DNA from: Veleropilina oligotropha
Lineage: Eukaryota
Direction: 5' to 3'
DNA: 64,000 nucleotides
Assembly: GCA_048128005.1 (NCBI GenBank)
Contig: JBEUKZ010000129.1
Location: 1-64,000, forward strand
Below the pieces are notes generated by a model. The model saw only the letters and a program-made list of their open reading frames with translations. It searched no databases and was not told the origin of the DNA. Both the position numbers and the translations under genes were made by a program. Shown one piece after another: positions 13,560-22,883 of this stretch. Position 1 is the first letter of the stretch. Each line of letters opens with the position of its first letter.

Positions 13560-14500
13560 TCGTTCATTTTGAGTTTGTATTTACACATCCACTTATGCAC
13601 CTGGTTTATATAAGATTCTATTGCTCGACTGTTGCCTCAATTTTCATCAGTTCGAAGACGGCATAGATTTGTGTGTCATCTGAATATGAATAATAGCTGG
13701 TTTCAAGCATAAAGAGGAGGCAATCAAGAGCAACAGCATAAATTATAAAATGTATTGGTCCAAGGACCGATCATTGTGAGACACCACATTTCAGCTTCTT
13801 TGTGTCAGATCTCTCTGATGCAACAGTAAATATTTCCCTGTGTTGTAAAAGTAGGAGGTGAGCCACTCGAGTACGAAGTCGCAGATTCCGAGATCCTTCA
13901 TCATTGATATCAGGCGTTGGAGTTTCACGATGTAGAAAGCTGCCGATGGATCCAATACGACAAAAAGGACTGCTCTCTGTTGACTAATGGCGATGATGAT
14001 GTCATATTGTAGTCTCGCAAGAGCAGTTTCGGTGTTGTGGTGCTTTTGGGTATTATGTCTGCATTGGCCCTGTTATGGTGTTTTTCATTCAGCTGCAATG
14101 ACACAACCTTATCCAGCTCTTTAGATAGAAAACGCAAGTTTGATACTGGTCTGTAGATTGTTTCTGTAGCAGTTGCGTTAATAATGCTTTCTTGAAAGCG
14201 GTGGGAAATACTCCCTCAGAAAGTGCCTGTTTGATGAGCATGGGGATTGATGAGCATGGGGATGACTGGCAACAGCTGACCTTTAGTAGCCATATTGTTA
14301 CGATGTCTGTATAACAGCTCTTGATACGAGATGATGATATAATTTGCACTGATTACAGATTATCCAGTGAACACGTGGGGGGGGGGCTATCTTTATTGGT
14401 ATAGGTTCTTCGCTGTTAGAGATATTTACTCGTATATCATTTATTTTCTTGATGAATAAAAAGCAATGAAATAGATGATAAATCAGCAAAATAAGCCTTA
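13560..14500 (-). pseudogene. Degenerate LINE (CR1/L2-like) reverse transcriptase fragment
   Basis: Fragments GVFPTAFKKALLT, STTT..L and KCGVSQ*SVLGP; many stops and frameshifts. Confidence 0.65.
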
Positions 14501-14572
14501 TGCAATTCCCACTTCAAGAACTATTTAGTATTTTTAAAATTGAATTCATTATTGCGGTTTTAAAATAAACTA

Positions 14573-14769
14573 AGCAGCAGCAGGGGGGGTGATTGGACTT
14601 TTTAGAATGGGAAAATACGGCTCCCAGCACTATTTCAGAACTGAGGGGTTGTACTGGGGTGAACTAGGGAGTTCAGACTAGGGGCGGGGCGGCCGCCGTG
14701 GAGGCTCCCAGCACCTGTTCAGACCCGAGGGTAGGGATTGTATTACAAAAAGTTACCGTGTGTACAGAC
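14573..14769 (+). repeat. Left terminal inverted repeat
   Basis: Reverse complement of 29598-29791 with a few mismatches; a further block cactaccctcgccgg (14809-14823) also matches ~29579-29593. Confidence 0.96.
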
Positions 14770-14895
14770 CGATATAGTAGCATGTAGTAAGAGCCCCCAG
14801 GGACGGCCCACTACCCTCGCCGGCCCGGGCTCGTGTGTGTTAGTGTCATACTCTATATTAGAGACTGGTATATGCGAGGATATACCCTGTACGCC

Positions 14896-15177
14896 ATGGG
14901 GGGAACTAATGTATGCCCTTGGTTGACAATTAATGCCGTTGGGGTTTGTGGTCGTAGCTGCGTCAACGAATTTTGCAATGCTCATCGACGGCAAATTCGG
15001 ATGGGTATAACATCGCCCCCGCCATGTAAGAGATGTGGCAAGGGCACGAAATCGGCCGTTCTGGTGTGTAGACCATGTGGAGGTCATCGTGCCGCCCAGG
15101 CTCTCATAAACACTAAAAACCGAGCTCGCCGTCTCTACGGCGCAGTATTGCGCGAGTTGCTGTCGCGCACGACATAA
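14896..15177 (+). CDS. Small Cys/His-rich zinc-finger-like protein
   Basis: gccATGG start; C-x10-C-x3-C-x4-C-x2-H followed by CKRC...CRPC; basic C-terminus. Confidence 0.6.
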   Translation: MGGTNVCPWLTINAVGVCGRSCVNEFCNAHRRQIRMGITSPPPCKRCGKGTKSAVLVCRPCGGHRAAQALINTKNRARRLYGAVLRELLSRTT

Positions 15178-15235
15178 AAAGTTCCAATTAGAGCTTTGTG
15201 TTGCAGTGTCATAACGTATACCCACCCAGCACGGG

Positions 15236-17626
15236 ATGGATGAACTGCGGAATTTAGCGAAAGCTTACGGGATTCCCGCTCGGTCGAAGCTCAAGAAGAA
15301 CGACCTCATCCGGGCAATAGCCGGGGTCCGTGCTGCGGAGTTTCGGAGGAGACTCGAGCGGGCGATGAAAACGGGAAGGTTCCCCTCCATACGTGGAGAT
15401 GTGGAGAACCCCCACAAAAGAGGCCGACGTGCTCGCGAGTTGCGGCAGATTACGGACGAGGTCGACGCCGCCCTGCAGGCTCGTAAATACGAAATCCGAG
15501 CTGAGAAAACGCCCGGGATTCGACAGAAGCCACTTCGCGCCATCACCGATCGAATCGTCAAGCCACACCTGCGCGGTCTGACTAGGTCTCGGAAAGAGAC
15601 CCTTGCCCAGGCAATTGCTCGGAAGGGGCCCGATCTTCTCATCTCCAAAAAGCCCCGGACAGCCCAGGACTACCAGAAGGATCTTCTAGGGCTGCTTACC
15701 ACATCAGAGGGGCAACCATTCATCGACCTGGATGACCAGGCCCCTCCCCCCGTAAAGCTCCCAGCAAAAGAGCCATGGGTGGAACTCTTGAACAACGCCA
15801 AAGGCGAGTTTGAGGTCGATGGCGCCGCGGCGGCCTTCTCCACATGGAGGGTCGAGGTGGCTGGACGGCTGGCCCTGGATGCCCGTATGACAGATGCGAG
15901 GGCGGTACAGCTCCTCACAGCCCTTCCAAAAGGCGAGTATGTCCTTAGAATCAAGTTCTTGCGTGAGTGGGGTCAAGGCGACTGGGTGGTCGAAGACAAG
16001 TTTGACCCGGTGAAGGCTGCGAGAAAGAAGGGCCAGGGTGTCTTTGAGATCTCTCAGGACACTAAGCCGGGTGCTATCACTGGGGTCGACAAAGTCTACT
16101 ACGAGAACGCCTACCCAGTCACTGCAGTCGTCTACGGCCTCTACTATCTCAGAGAACCAAATCCCGCTAATCTGGTTCCGATGAAGAACGGCGACCTCAA
16201 CTGCGTTGCCCAAAGAGTGATTGAGCACTTTGAAGGTGCCCTGCGAGGAAACGGACTCACCCCGACAAGGCGGCAGAAAATACAGGAGTGGGAAGAGCGA
16301 GTTCATGTAACAGGCGCCACTGTGGATGATATATCCATCCTCGAGAGGATACTGAAGCGGGCGATCATACTGAGAGATATTGCCGGCGAGGACATCTACA
16401 GCAGTGGGAAGTACCAGGGCTGGCATAGACCAGTAGAACTCATCTGTCACAATGGCCACGCATGGTCCAAGGACCTACACTTTCCGCAGTCTCGCGAGGT
16501 CCACCTGTATGAGGGCGATGTTTGGGAAGCTATCCGACAAGCCACACATAATGAGCCATTAGCTGTCTGGCTTCTTGGTGGTACAGACCGACAGCTTAAC
16601 GTGGACCAGTTCGTGCTTCAAGATGGCCGCACGTACAGGACGAAAGATGATCACGAGAGACTCCAGGAAGCCTGTACAGCGCTGGGGAATGAGTCTCTTG
16701 CCGATCGAGCCTTTGGCGTGAACCATGCAGCTAGCATTATGGCCAAGGAGAACAACGGCTGGAAACCCACCCCGGCGAGCCTGCTCGATGACATCCAGAA
16801 GGCCTGTGTAGAGCATGGCCACGGCGGTCTCTGGAATTCCATGAATTACGACAAGGGCGATGTCTGCTGCATCGATATGAAAGCCTGCTACCCTGCCAGC
16901 TTTCTGGGGCAGGGCGAGGCTAAGCCATATTTCGAAAGATTCGGACACCCGACCCACAGCATGACTCGGGTCGCAATTAACGGTCCTCTTCCCCAAGAAA
17001 TCGGAACTGGCTTTGCCGAGGTCGTGGAATGGGAGTTCGCACGAGAAATCCATCCCGCCATTCCTGCCTGGTTCGGAAAGCACTTTGCAGAAAATGGATG
17101 GGCACCCACTGCGCTGCTCGCCTTCCTCATAGAATCTGGACTGCTAAAAAGCCTCAAGATCCGAGAAGCCATCATCGCATTCAAAAAGCAACTCGAGGTC
17201 TGGCTTCCCGAGAACCGTGACCAGGGCTGCAGCATTATCGGCAAATTCACCCAAGGCGCCAAGGCAGACGGAAAGCAATTGACTCGAAGACTGGTGATTG
17301 ACCAGGGTGAGCTGGACTTCCTAGTAAGAGACACCTGCCAAAGCGGTAGCCTGGTCGGCGCACCTCAAAGGTGCCCTATGGGGCACATCCTCACATACTA
17401 TGATGGCTCCCAGCCTCAGTACGCCCACCTGAGGGCCAGCATGTTGGCCTATGCCCACATAAACCTCTTGAGCATGCTCCAGCGTTTCAGTGCAGCAGAA
17501 GCCGTCCGAGTGGCCACTGACAGCATCTACCTCAAGAAGGCCTCGTTGGAGAAGCTCGACGATGTCACGGTGTACGTTGCCCCCAACTCTGCGACTGTGG
17601 CGAGAAATCTTGCATCTCCTGTCTGA
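15236..17626 (+). CDS. polB: Divergent family-B (protein-primed type) DNA polymerase; N-terminal part of a frameshifted Pol-helicase-endonuclease polyprotein
   Basis: Motif A CCIDMKACYP, motif B-like CSIIGKF, YAHLRASMLAYAH, motif C-like RVATDSI; N-terminal Rho_N/HeH-like MDELRNLAKAYGI...KKNDLIRAI; reading continues in another frame after the C-run at ~17580. Confidence 0.8.
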   Translation: MDELRNLAKAYGIPARSKLKKNDLIRAIAGVRAAEFRRRLERAMKTGRFPSIRGDVENPHKRGRRARELRQITDEVDAALQARKYEIRAEKTPGIRQKPLRAITDRIVKPHLRGLTRSRKETLAQAIARKGPDLLISKKPRTAQDYQKDLLGLLTTSEGQPFIDLDDQAPPPVKLPAKEPWVELLNNAKGEFEVDGAAAAFSTWRVEVAGRLALDARMTDARAVQLLTALPKGEYVLRIKFLREWGQGDWVVEDKFDPVKAARKKGQGVFEISQDTKPGAITGVDKVYYENAYPVTAVVYGLYYLREPNPANLVPMKNGDLNCVAQRVIEHFEGALRGNGLTPTRRQKIQEWEERVHVTGATVDDISILERILKRAIILRDIAGEDIYSSGKYQGWHRPVELICHNGHAWSKDLHFPQSREVHLYEGDVWEAIRQATHNEPLAVWLLGGTDRQLNVDQFVLQDGRTYRTKDDHERLQEACTALGNESLADRAFGVNHAASIMAKENNGWKPTPASLLDDIQKACVEHGHGGLWNSMNYDKGDVCCIDMKACYPASFLGQGEAKPYFERFGHPTHSMTRVAINGPLPQEIGTGFAEVVEWEFAREIHPAIPAWFGKHFAENGWAPTALLAFLIESGLLKSLKIREAIIAFKKQLEVWLPENRDQGCSIIGKFTQGAKADGKQLTRRLVIDQGELDFLVRDTCQSGSLVGAPQRCPMGHILTYYDGSQPQYAHLRASMLAYAHINLLSMLQRFSAAEAVRVATDSIYLKKASLEKLDDVTVYVAPNSATVARNLASPV

Positions 17627-18770
17627 TCGGGGAGACGTACCTTCCGCCAGTAGCACCAGCCCAGTGGCGTGACAAGGGCGAACAGCTGTATATGCCACAG
17701 GAACATGCCGCATACCTGCCCAAGCCGGAGTACACGCAGTCCGAGAAGGACCTCCCGCCAAGCACCGCGCCATGCTACAGTGACACGCTGACCCACCATC
17801 GCCTGAGTTACCTCAACGGTGGAGGGGGCTGTGGCAAGACTACGAGAGCGATCGAGCTCTTTCGGGCGAGAAACCCCATTGTATTCACGCCAACCCACCG
17901 CCTCGCTAAAGAAATGCGGACCAGGGGTGTCAAAGCCCAGACCTACCACAGCTTCTTCCGATGGAGCGGCCAGAACGACTGGACGCCTGATCGCATGGGT
18001 CAGAAGTTCATCCCGCGCGTCATTATCTGGGACGAGGTCTGCACAGTTCCCCGGCACATCCTCGAGATGTTCTTGGACTGGCTGGGCCAGCACGAAGTTC
18101 AGGTTATCTGCTGTGGCGATCAAGGCCAGCCACCACCGATTACGGGCGAGATGCCGCACGATTGGCTGCGAAAGACCGCGGACTACTATGAAGAGATCGA
18201 AGTAGACTACAGGGCGAAAGACGACCCTGCCCTCCAAGCCCTGAAAAGACGGATACGACGAGATGCGTAGGGCTCTCCCCAGCTGCCTTGGATGGGATCG
18301 GTTCGTCAACACCTGGAGGCCAGGCGACCTAATCCTCACCAGCCGTCAGAAGGTCCGCGAACGGGCTCAACAGCTGTTGCTCCAGAGGCACAAGGAGCAC
18401 TTCCCAGACTCCCCGGTTCCTATCCTGTACCACCCCAGGGACACCCGTAAGCAAAACATCATGGTAACGATTCCGGGCACCAGCGACAGAGAGGAGCTAG
18501 TTCTCAACGACGTCGTAGAGGTCACCATTGACGCCGCTGAGAGGGCTATCCTGACCCCGGATTGGCGCCTGGGCTATGCTCTCACCATCCATTCGAGCCA
18601 GGGTCTTACGATTCACGACCCACAGAAAGTCTGGATCATCGACGACTACCTTCAGTGGAGTAATCTCGCCTACCTAGCCGTGTCCCGGGTGGAGCATCTC
18701 CATCAGCTCGAACGGGTAACCTGTCCTCCGGATGAGGGTGCTGAGGACAGGCCGCCCCAAACCGAGCAAC
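17581..18770 (+). pseudogene. Superfamily 1 (Pif1/RecD-like) helicase domain of the polyprotein, frameshifted at ~18260
   Basis: GGGGCGKT (I), VFTPTH (Ia), IIWDEV (II), CGDQGQPPPI (III), GYALTIHSSQGLT (V), LAYLAVSRV (VI). Confidence 0.9.
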
Positions 18771-19049
18771 AGCTCCGAAAGACCATCCAGAAAAAGCTTG
18801 TGGCGTACAAACGCCAGGACCAGGCCAAGGGTCTCCCGGGGTTTAACCTGAAGGTCGATAACATCCTGCAGCTCAAAGACGCCCAAAACAACCGCGGCAT
18901 GCAACATAGAGCTGTTCTGGGCCTACCAGCCCAAAGACACACAGCAGTTCAGTGTCGACCGTGTGGACAACAGCAGGGGCCACATCCGCGACAACGTGCG
19001 CTTAACGTGTCTGGAATGTAACCGAAAACGAGGGAGCAGCAGCTGTTAA
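18771..19049 (+). pseudogene. C-terminal HNH-like (His-Me finger) endonuclease domain, frameshifted at ~18895
   Basis: Alternative frame reads ACNIELFWAYQPKDTQQFSVDRVDNSRGHIRDNVRLTCLECNRKRG, with the DRxDN..GH..DN...CxxCN signature; TAA at 19047-19049. Confidence 0.8.
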
Positions 19050-20044
19050 CGCCTGAGAACCGGCGGCAGCTGGGTATCACGAGGCACCACGAGCAGTTCC
19101 TCACGAACGAAGCCACGCGGTGGTCCATCCAGCAAGTAGTAGAGCACAGGCTCGTCAGGCTTAGTGACGGAGCGTCCAAGCCTGTAAACTTTTAGAGACC
19201 ACACCGGGTCAGTAGCACGGCGACGACCCCCCTCCAGCTCACCATCGTAGTAAAGGTAACGAACATCTACATCAGAGGGGAGTTTCAGTTCCTTCCCCTG
19301 TCGGTCTGGAACAGTGGCGCCTGGCTTTTGGGCAACGCGAGGTGCCTTGATGGCATCCTTTGGCTTTTTACCGGTGAGGCGGGTCACTTCCCCATTCAAG
19401 GCCGCAACTACAGCGGGTAACCGGGCGACCCACTCAGTTGACCTTTGACCCTCTTTCGCAGACTCTGCAAACCGCATCTCTGTTGCATACTGGTGCCCGA
19501 AGAGCCGCTCAGCGAGCGTCCGGTTGAAGCGCTCCACAATGCCCTGATCGCGATGGATATCCACACGGCCACGCCTAACCTCGACGTTATTCTTTGCCAG
19601 CAGCTGGGAAACCGTACCCATAAACTCTCGCCCTGGATCAACCTGAAGCAATTTCGGCCAGCTAAGAGGACTCCGCCTGTAGATTCGAGATAGAGCTTCT
19701 GCAACCCCTCTGGCCTCTTTTGTGGCCAATGGCTCAGCTTCTTTAAAGCGACTGGCCACATCAACCACAGTCAAAGCGTACTTATACGTTGTACGACTGA
19801 CCTTGTCGTGTGGGAGAAACAGGAGATCAGCTTGGTGAACCTTGTTCGGCGTTACGACGTCGAATTTTGGTCTTGGAATCCGCCGTGGCGCAGGTAAATA
19901 GATCTGCCATATAGCCTGCCTCTTAAGCCATGTCCGGGCCTCCACTTCAGACGCCTTGGCAGCCTCAGCTAGTTTCTTTATCGCGGCAATGCCTTTCCAG
20001 TAGCCCTTAGGGCTGTAGTATATCCTCGCAAGCTTACTATCCAT
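19046..20044 (-). CDS. int: Retroviral-type (RVE, DDE) integrase
   Basis: HQADLLFL, LTVVDVASRF, LQVDPGREF, QGIVERFNRTL; uninterrupted ORF. Confidence 0.95.
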   Translation of the reverse strand: MDSKLARIYYSPKGYWKGIAAIKKLAEAAKASEVEARTWLKRQAIWQIYLPAPRRIPRPKFDVVTPNKVHQADLLFLPHDKVSRTTYKYALTVVDVASRFKEAEPLATKEARGVAEALSRIYRRSPLSWPKLLQVDPGREFMGTVSQLLAKNNVEVRRGRVDIHRDQGIVERFNRTLAERLFGHQYATEMRFAESAKEGQRSTEWVARLPAVVAALNGEVTRLTGKKPKDAIKAPRVAQKPGATVPDRQGKELKLPSDVDVRYLYYDGELEGGRRRATDPVWSLKVYRLGRSVTKPDEPVLYYLLDGPPRGFVREELLVVPRDTQLPPVLRR

Positions 20045-20267
20045 CAGCAATGTATTCCAGTAAACTGATCAGTCTCCAACAGGCTTCAGCTTCAGGAGCC
20101 GGTCGCTGCGCAGTCGTCGCCCGTAGGTTGGTCGGGCCCGAGAGCACCAGGACCGCGAACCGCACCATAGTCTTTTCGTCGCGGCGCCAGCAGTCGAGTG
20201 ACGTAGTACTATAGCCCACCCCGCTGACCGCAAGCATGGCGCAGTACAGCTCTTCTGGGAGCCCCAT
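20037..20267 (-). CDS. Small hypothetical protein
   Basis: MGLPEELYCAML... fills the gap between genes; its stop overlaps the integrase start. Confidence 0.4.
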   Translation of the reverse strand: MGLPEELYCAMLAVSGVGYSTTSLDCWRRDEKTMVRFAVLVLSGPTNLRATTAQRPAPEAEACWRLISLLEYIADG

Positions 20268-20309
20268 TATTATACATGCCAACGAAAAAAATGTTCACTA
20301 TAGAAATAA

Positions 20310-20741
20310 TTAGGCGAGCTTGTAGGCTACCAACCCGGTCGCAGCCATCCCGAGGATGATGAAGGTGATCTCACGTCCCTTTTGGTCATCGCTCGGCGTG
20401 TAGTAGTCGGACAGCTGGGGCTCAGGGCCACCTCCCATGGCGGTGGGGTCAAGGTTCTTGCCGGTGATCAATGCATACTCACGGATAGCGGCGTCAACAT
20501 CTCGGAATGTCCCAACGGCGTGACCCTGGCGGCGAAGTTCAACGTTCAGCCAGTCGAGACGCTCTGCCCTCTTTTGGGACCATTTAGTCTGCGCGGCGTT
20601 GAGCTGCTCTACAGCTTTGTCGTGACGTTTACGCTCCGCATCAACACCGGAGCTGCGTAGCTTCGAGAAGAGGAAGTTGGAGCCGCTGAAGGCGAGGGCG
20701 TTGACGAGAGCGCCCCCAACCAGCATCGCAATGGAAGCCAT
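20310..20741 (-). CDS. Putative virion membrane protein (N-terminal hydrophobic helix, coiled coil, C-terminal TM)
   Basis: MASIAMLVGGALVNALAFSGSNFLF...ERKRHDKAVEQL...EITFIILGMAATGLVAYKLA. Confidence 0.75.
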   Translation of the reverse strand: MASIAMLVGGALVNALAFSGSNFLFSKLRSSGVDAERKRHDKAVEQLNAAQTKWSQKRAERLDWLNVELRRQGHAVGTFRDVDAAIREYALITGKNLDPTAMGGGPEPQLSDYYTPSDDQKGREITFIILGMAATGLVAYKLA

Positions 20742-20772
20742 TGAAATGCTGCGATTATCTAGCAAGGTCACA

Positions 20773-21012
20773 CTACTTCAAAACGTCGGCCGGAATGATG
20801 CCTTGCTTGATCAGCATGTCCTTCGTCGCCATGGCGAGCGCTACGTCGAGGACGACCATCCCGACGTTGTAACCCGTGAAGTCAAGTTTGGGGCTCGCTC
20901 CCTTGAAGGCCATCTTTCCCAGGCGTGCGTAGCCTATGGCAGGGCCTGACACTATAGCTGCGTGATATACAGCATTGCCGAGCATCTTTCCATCAGTAAT
21001 CGGGGTAGTCAT
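20773..21012 (-). CDS. Small hydrophobic protein (79 aa)
   Basis: Two hydrophobic segments; tight packing in the co-oriented gene block. Confidence 0.7.
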   Translation of the reverse strand: MTTPITDGKMLGNAVYHAAIVSGPAIGYARLGKMAFKGASPKLDFTGYNVGMVVLDVALAMATKDMLIKQGIIPADVLK

Positions 21013-21026
21013 GTTTCGTACTGAGA

Positions 21027-21536
21027 CTATCGCATATGGAACGGGTTGTGCCTAGTCTTCAATTCGGTGGTGGTTGGGGTGGGCGGGGGCTGCCTGGCGT
21101 CCGCGACTGGTGGCTGTTGATGTGGTGTGGAGGAACCAGGGTTGCTGCGTTCTGAGGACGTCTTCCAGACAACAAATACCAACGCAACCGTACCGGCAGC
21201 AACGGCTACCTGGGTCCAATTAAATGGGTCCGATTTCCGTGTAGCTGACTTTTCGACCGCGGTCACCTCGGCCGGGGCACCACTGTGTTTTTGTTGGGGC
21301 TGTGCCTCCGGTAGGTCTGAAGGAACTTCGCTGACGGATACTTGTCGAGCGTCTTCTTTGAGTCTTCTAACGTCAGCAAGGAGCCTCTCCTGCTTGACTT
21401 TCCGAGCAGCAGCACCGGCCCGACCCGCAGCCACCTTCTTAGGGTCCTTTTTACTCACTGATGAGTCTGTCGAAGAAGTCACCCTCTCTGTCGGCGGGCT
21501 CGGTGCCGAAATTTGGTCCACTTCCAGCGTTGTCAT
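21027..21536 (-). CDS. Basic, low-complexity protein with a single TM segment
   Basis: KKDPKKVAAGRAGAAARK motif; TM WTQVAVAAGTVALVFVVW. Confidence 0.7.
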   Translation of the reverse strand: MTTLEVDQISAPSPPTERVTSSTDSSVSKKDPKKVAAGRAGAAARKVKQERLLADVRRLKEDARQVSVSEVPSDLPEAQPQQKHSGAPAEVTAVEKSATRKSDPFNWTQVAVAAGTVALVFVVWKTSSERSNPGSSTPHQQPPVADARQPPPTPTTTELKTRHNPFHMR

Positions 21537-22206
21537 CTTGATCTCGCTCTCGCTCTGATATTTTAGGCGGGCAAACATGTCCAAATTGGCAGTGTTTCGC
21601 AGTGGTCAACACGGCGGTCAGCGGCGCTAGCCACATGCCATACTTATAATACAGCTCACAGCTTGCACCGCGGAGAGCATGGGCGATGAAAGGATCGGCC
21701 TCGAGGTCAGCGACCAGACGTGGTTGGTTCTCCGGCGGAATGGGCAAGAACATCCCAGCTGCACCCGCATACAGCTGTATAGCGGCAGTCCCCAGGGTCT
21801 TCGTCATGTCAGCACCTAGCTTCGCTTCATACCGTGCGTGGTGTTTCTCAACCTCGTCGTCAGTCATATCGTCGTTTCGGTCAACCGTGAGGTTTCTCCC
21901 CAAGTATTTGCTGGCATCCCCTCCGATGGCTAACGCGGCAAGCCTCTCCCGTTTCTTTGCCATCCCTATGGAGCCACTGACAGGTTCCTCGTGCTGCGAG
22001 CAGCGTTTGGTCGTCGAGCCATGGCCGCCCACGGTCGTTTCTTCCTCGTCGTCCATGAGTTGATCGATAAGGCTGTCCATCCTTAAGCGTTTCCAACATC
22101 TCCTCGCCAGTCTAATATAGCGATAATGCCAATACCACAATGTTACGAGTAGCAACAATACCAGGCTCTGGCTGCAAGCAAAAGCTAGATATACAGCGTC
22201 CGACAT
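21451..22206 (-). CDS. Hypothetical Polinton protein (alternative start at 22080; upstream in-frame TM peptide from 22206)
   Basis: Long ORF with KKRERLAALAIGG...DLEADPFI...CELYYKYGMWLAPL; lies in the co-oriented block downstream of the ATPase. Confidence 0.65.
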   Translation of the reverse strand: MSDAVYLAFACSQSLVLLLLVTLWYWHYRYIRLARRCWKRLRMDSLIDQLMDDEEETTVGGHGSTTKRCSQHEEPVSGSIGMAKKRERLAALAIGGDASKYLGRNLTVDRNDDMTDDEVEKHHARYEAKLGADMTKTLGTAAIQLYAGAAGMFLPIPPENQPRLVADLEADPFIAHALRGASCELYYKYGMWLAPLTAVLTTAKHCQFGHVCPPKISERERDQDDNAGSGPNFGTEPADREGDFFDRLISE

Positions 22207-22247
22207 GCGAGAGCTTGCTGGGCAGCTACTTAGCATCTGCTGGGTAG

Positions 22248-22883
22248 CTATAGCACACTATAAGCAACGGGCTGATCAGTTTTCAACAGAAGCTTGGCAT
22301 GCTTGGTCTCGGCCAAAAGCCGGCGCACTGCGGTTCTCTCGTCGCAGGATGAGATAACATCGTTCTCGCGCAGACAGTCCTCGAAACTGTCGCGGTCCTT
22401 GCAATGGAACAGCGCGACCCAGCGGGTCTGCTCTCTGAGTTCCTTCAAGACCGAGTTGTATTTTTGCGTCACTACCCATACGCTCTGTTCGGCGTGCCTT
22501 CCGCTGAAGGCCAACAAAGTCAACATATCCCTCCTCTTGGCTAGGGCTTTGCTGGCGGCGCAGTCGTCGATGATGTACAGAGTCGGCTCCCCCTGGAACA
22601 GTCAGTAGAACCCCCGCAACCAATCATGGAGCCGCTCACTGGGGGGGATCAAGTACACCTCAGGGTCGGTCCAGATCCATGGGCATGACTGGTATGCCTG
22701 ATTGAACTTGATCGTTGGGCATAGAATGACGATGTGCTTGAACACTCCTAAGTACTCCCCCTCCAGAAGTTCAAGTATAAACAAGGTCTTCCCGCAGCCG
22801 GTCTGGCCGCAGATGATCGCGGAGTGGGGGTCCTTGGGGTGGGGGAACCGTCTACTAGTACAGCGCGGTGACAAATCGGCCAT
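22248..22883 (-). pseudogene. A32/FtsK-like genome-packaging ATPase with one in-frame TGA at 22604-22602
   Basis: Walker A GQTGCGKT, Walker B LYIIDD, SGRH arginine finger, VVTQ sensor; both ORF-track pieces are in the same frame. Confidence 0.92.

Noticed and set aside
17575..17590. Programmed -1 ribosomal frameshift between Pol and helicase
   Set aside because: No canonical X XXY YYZ slippery site; a homopolymer indel is simpler given the other lesions, though not formally excluded
15254..18339. Long minus-strand ORFs (e.g. 15704-16459, 17527-18339)
   Set aside because: Antisense shadows of the GC-rich polymerase/helicase gene, with no motifs of their own
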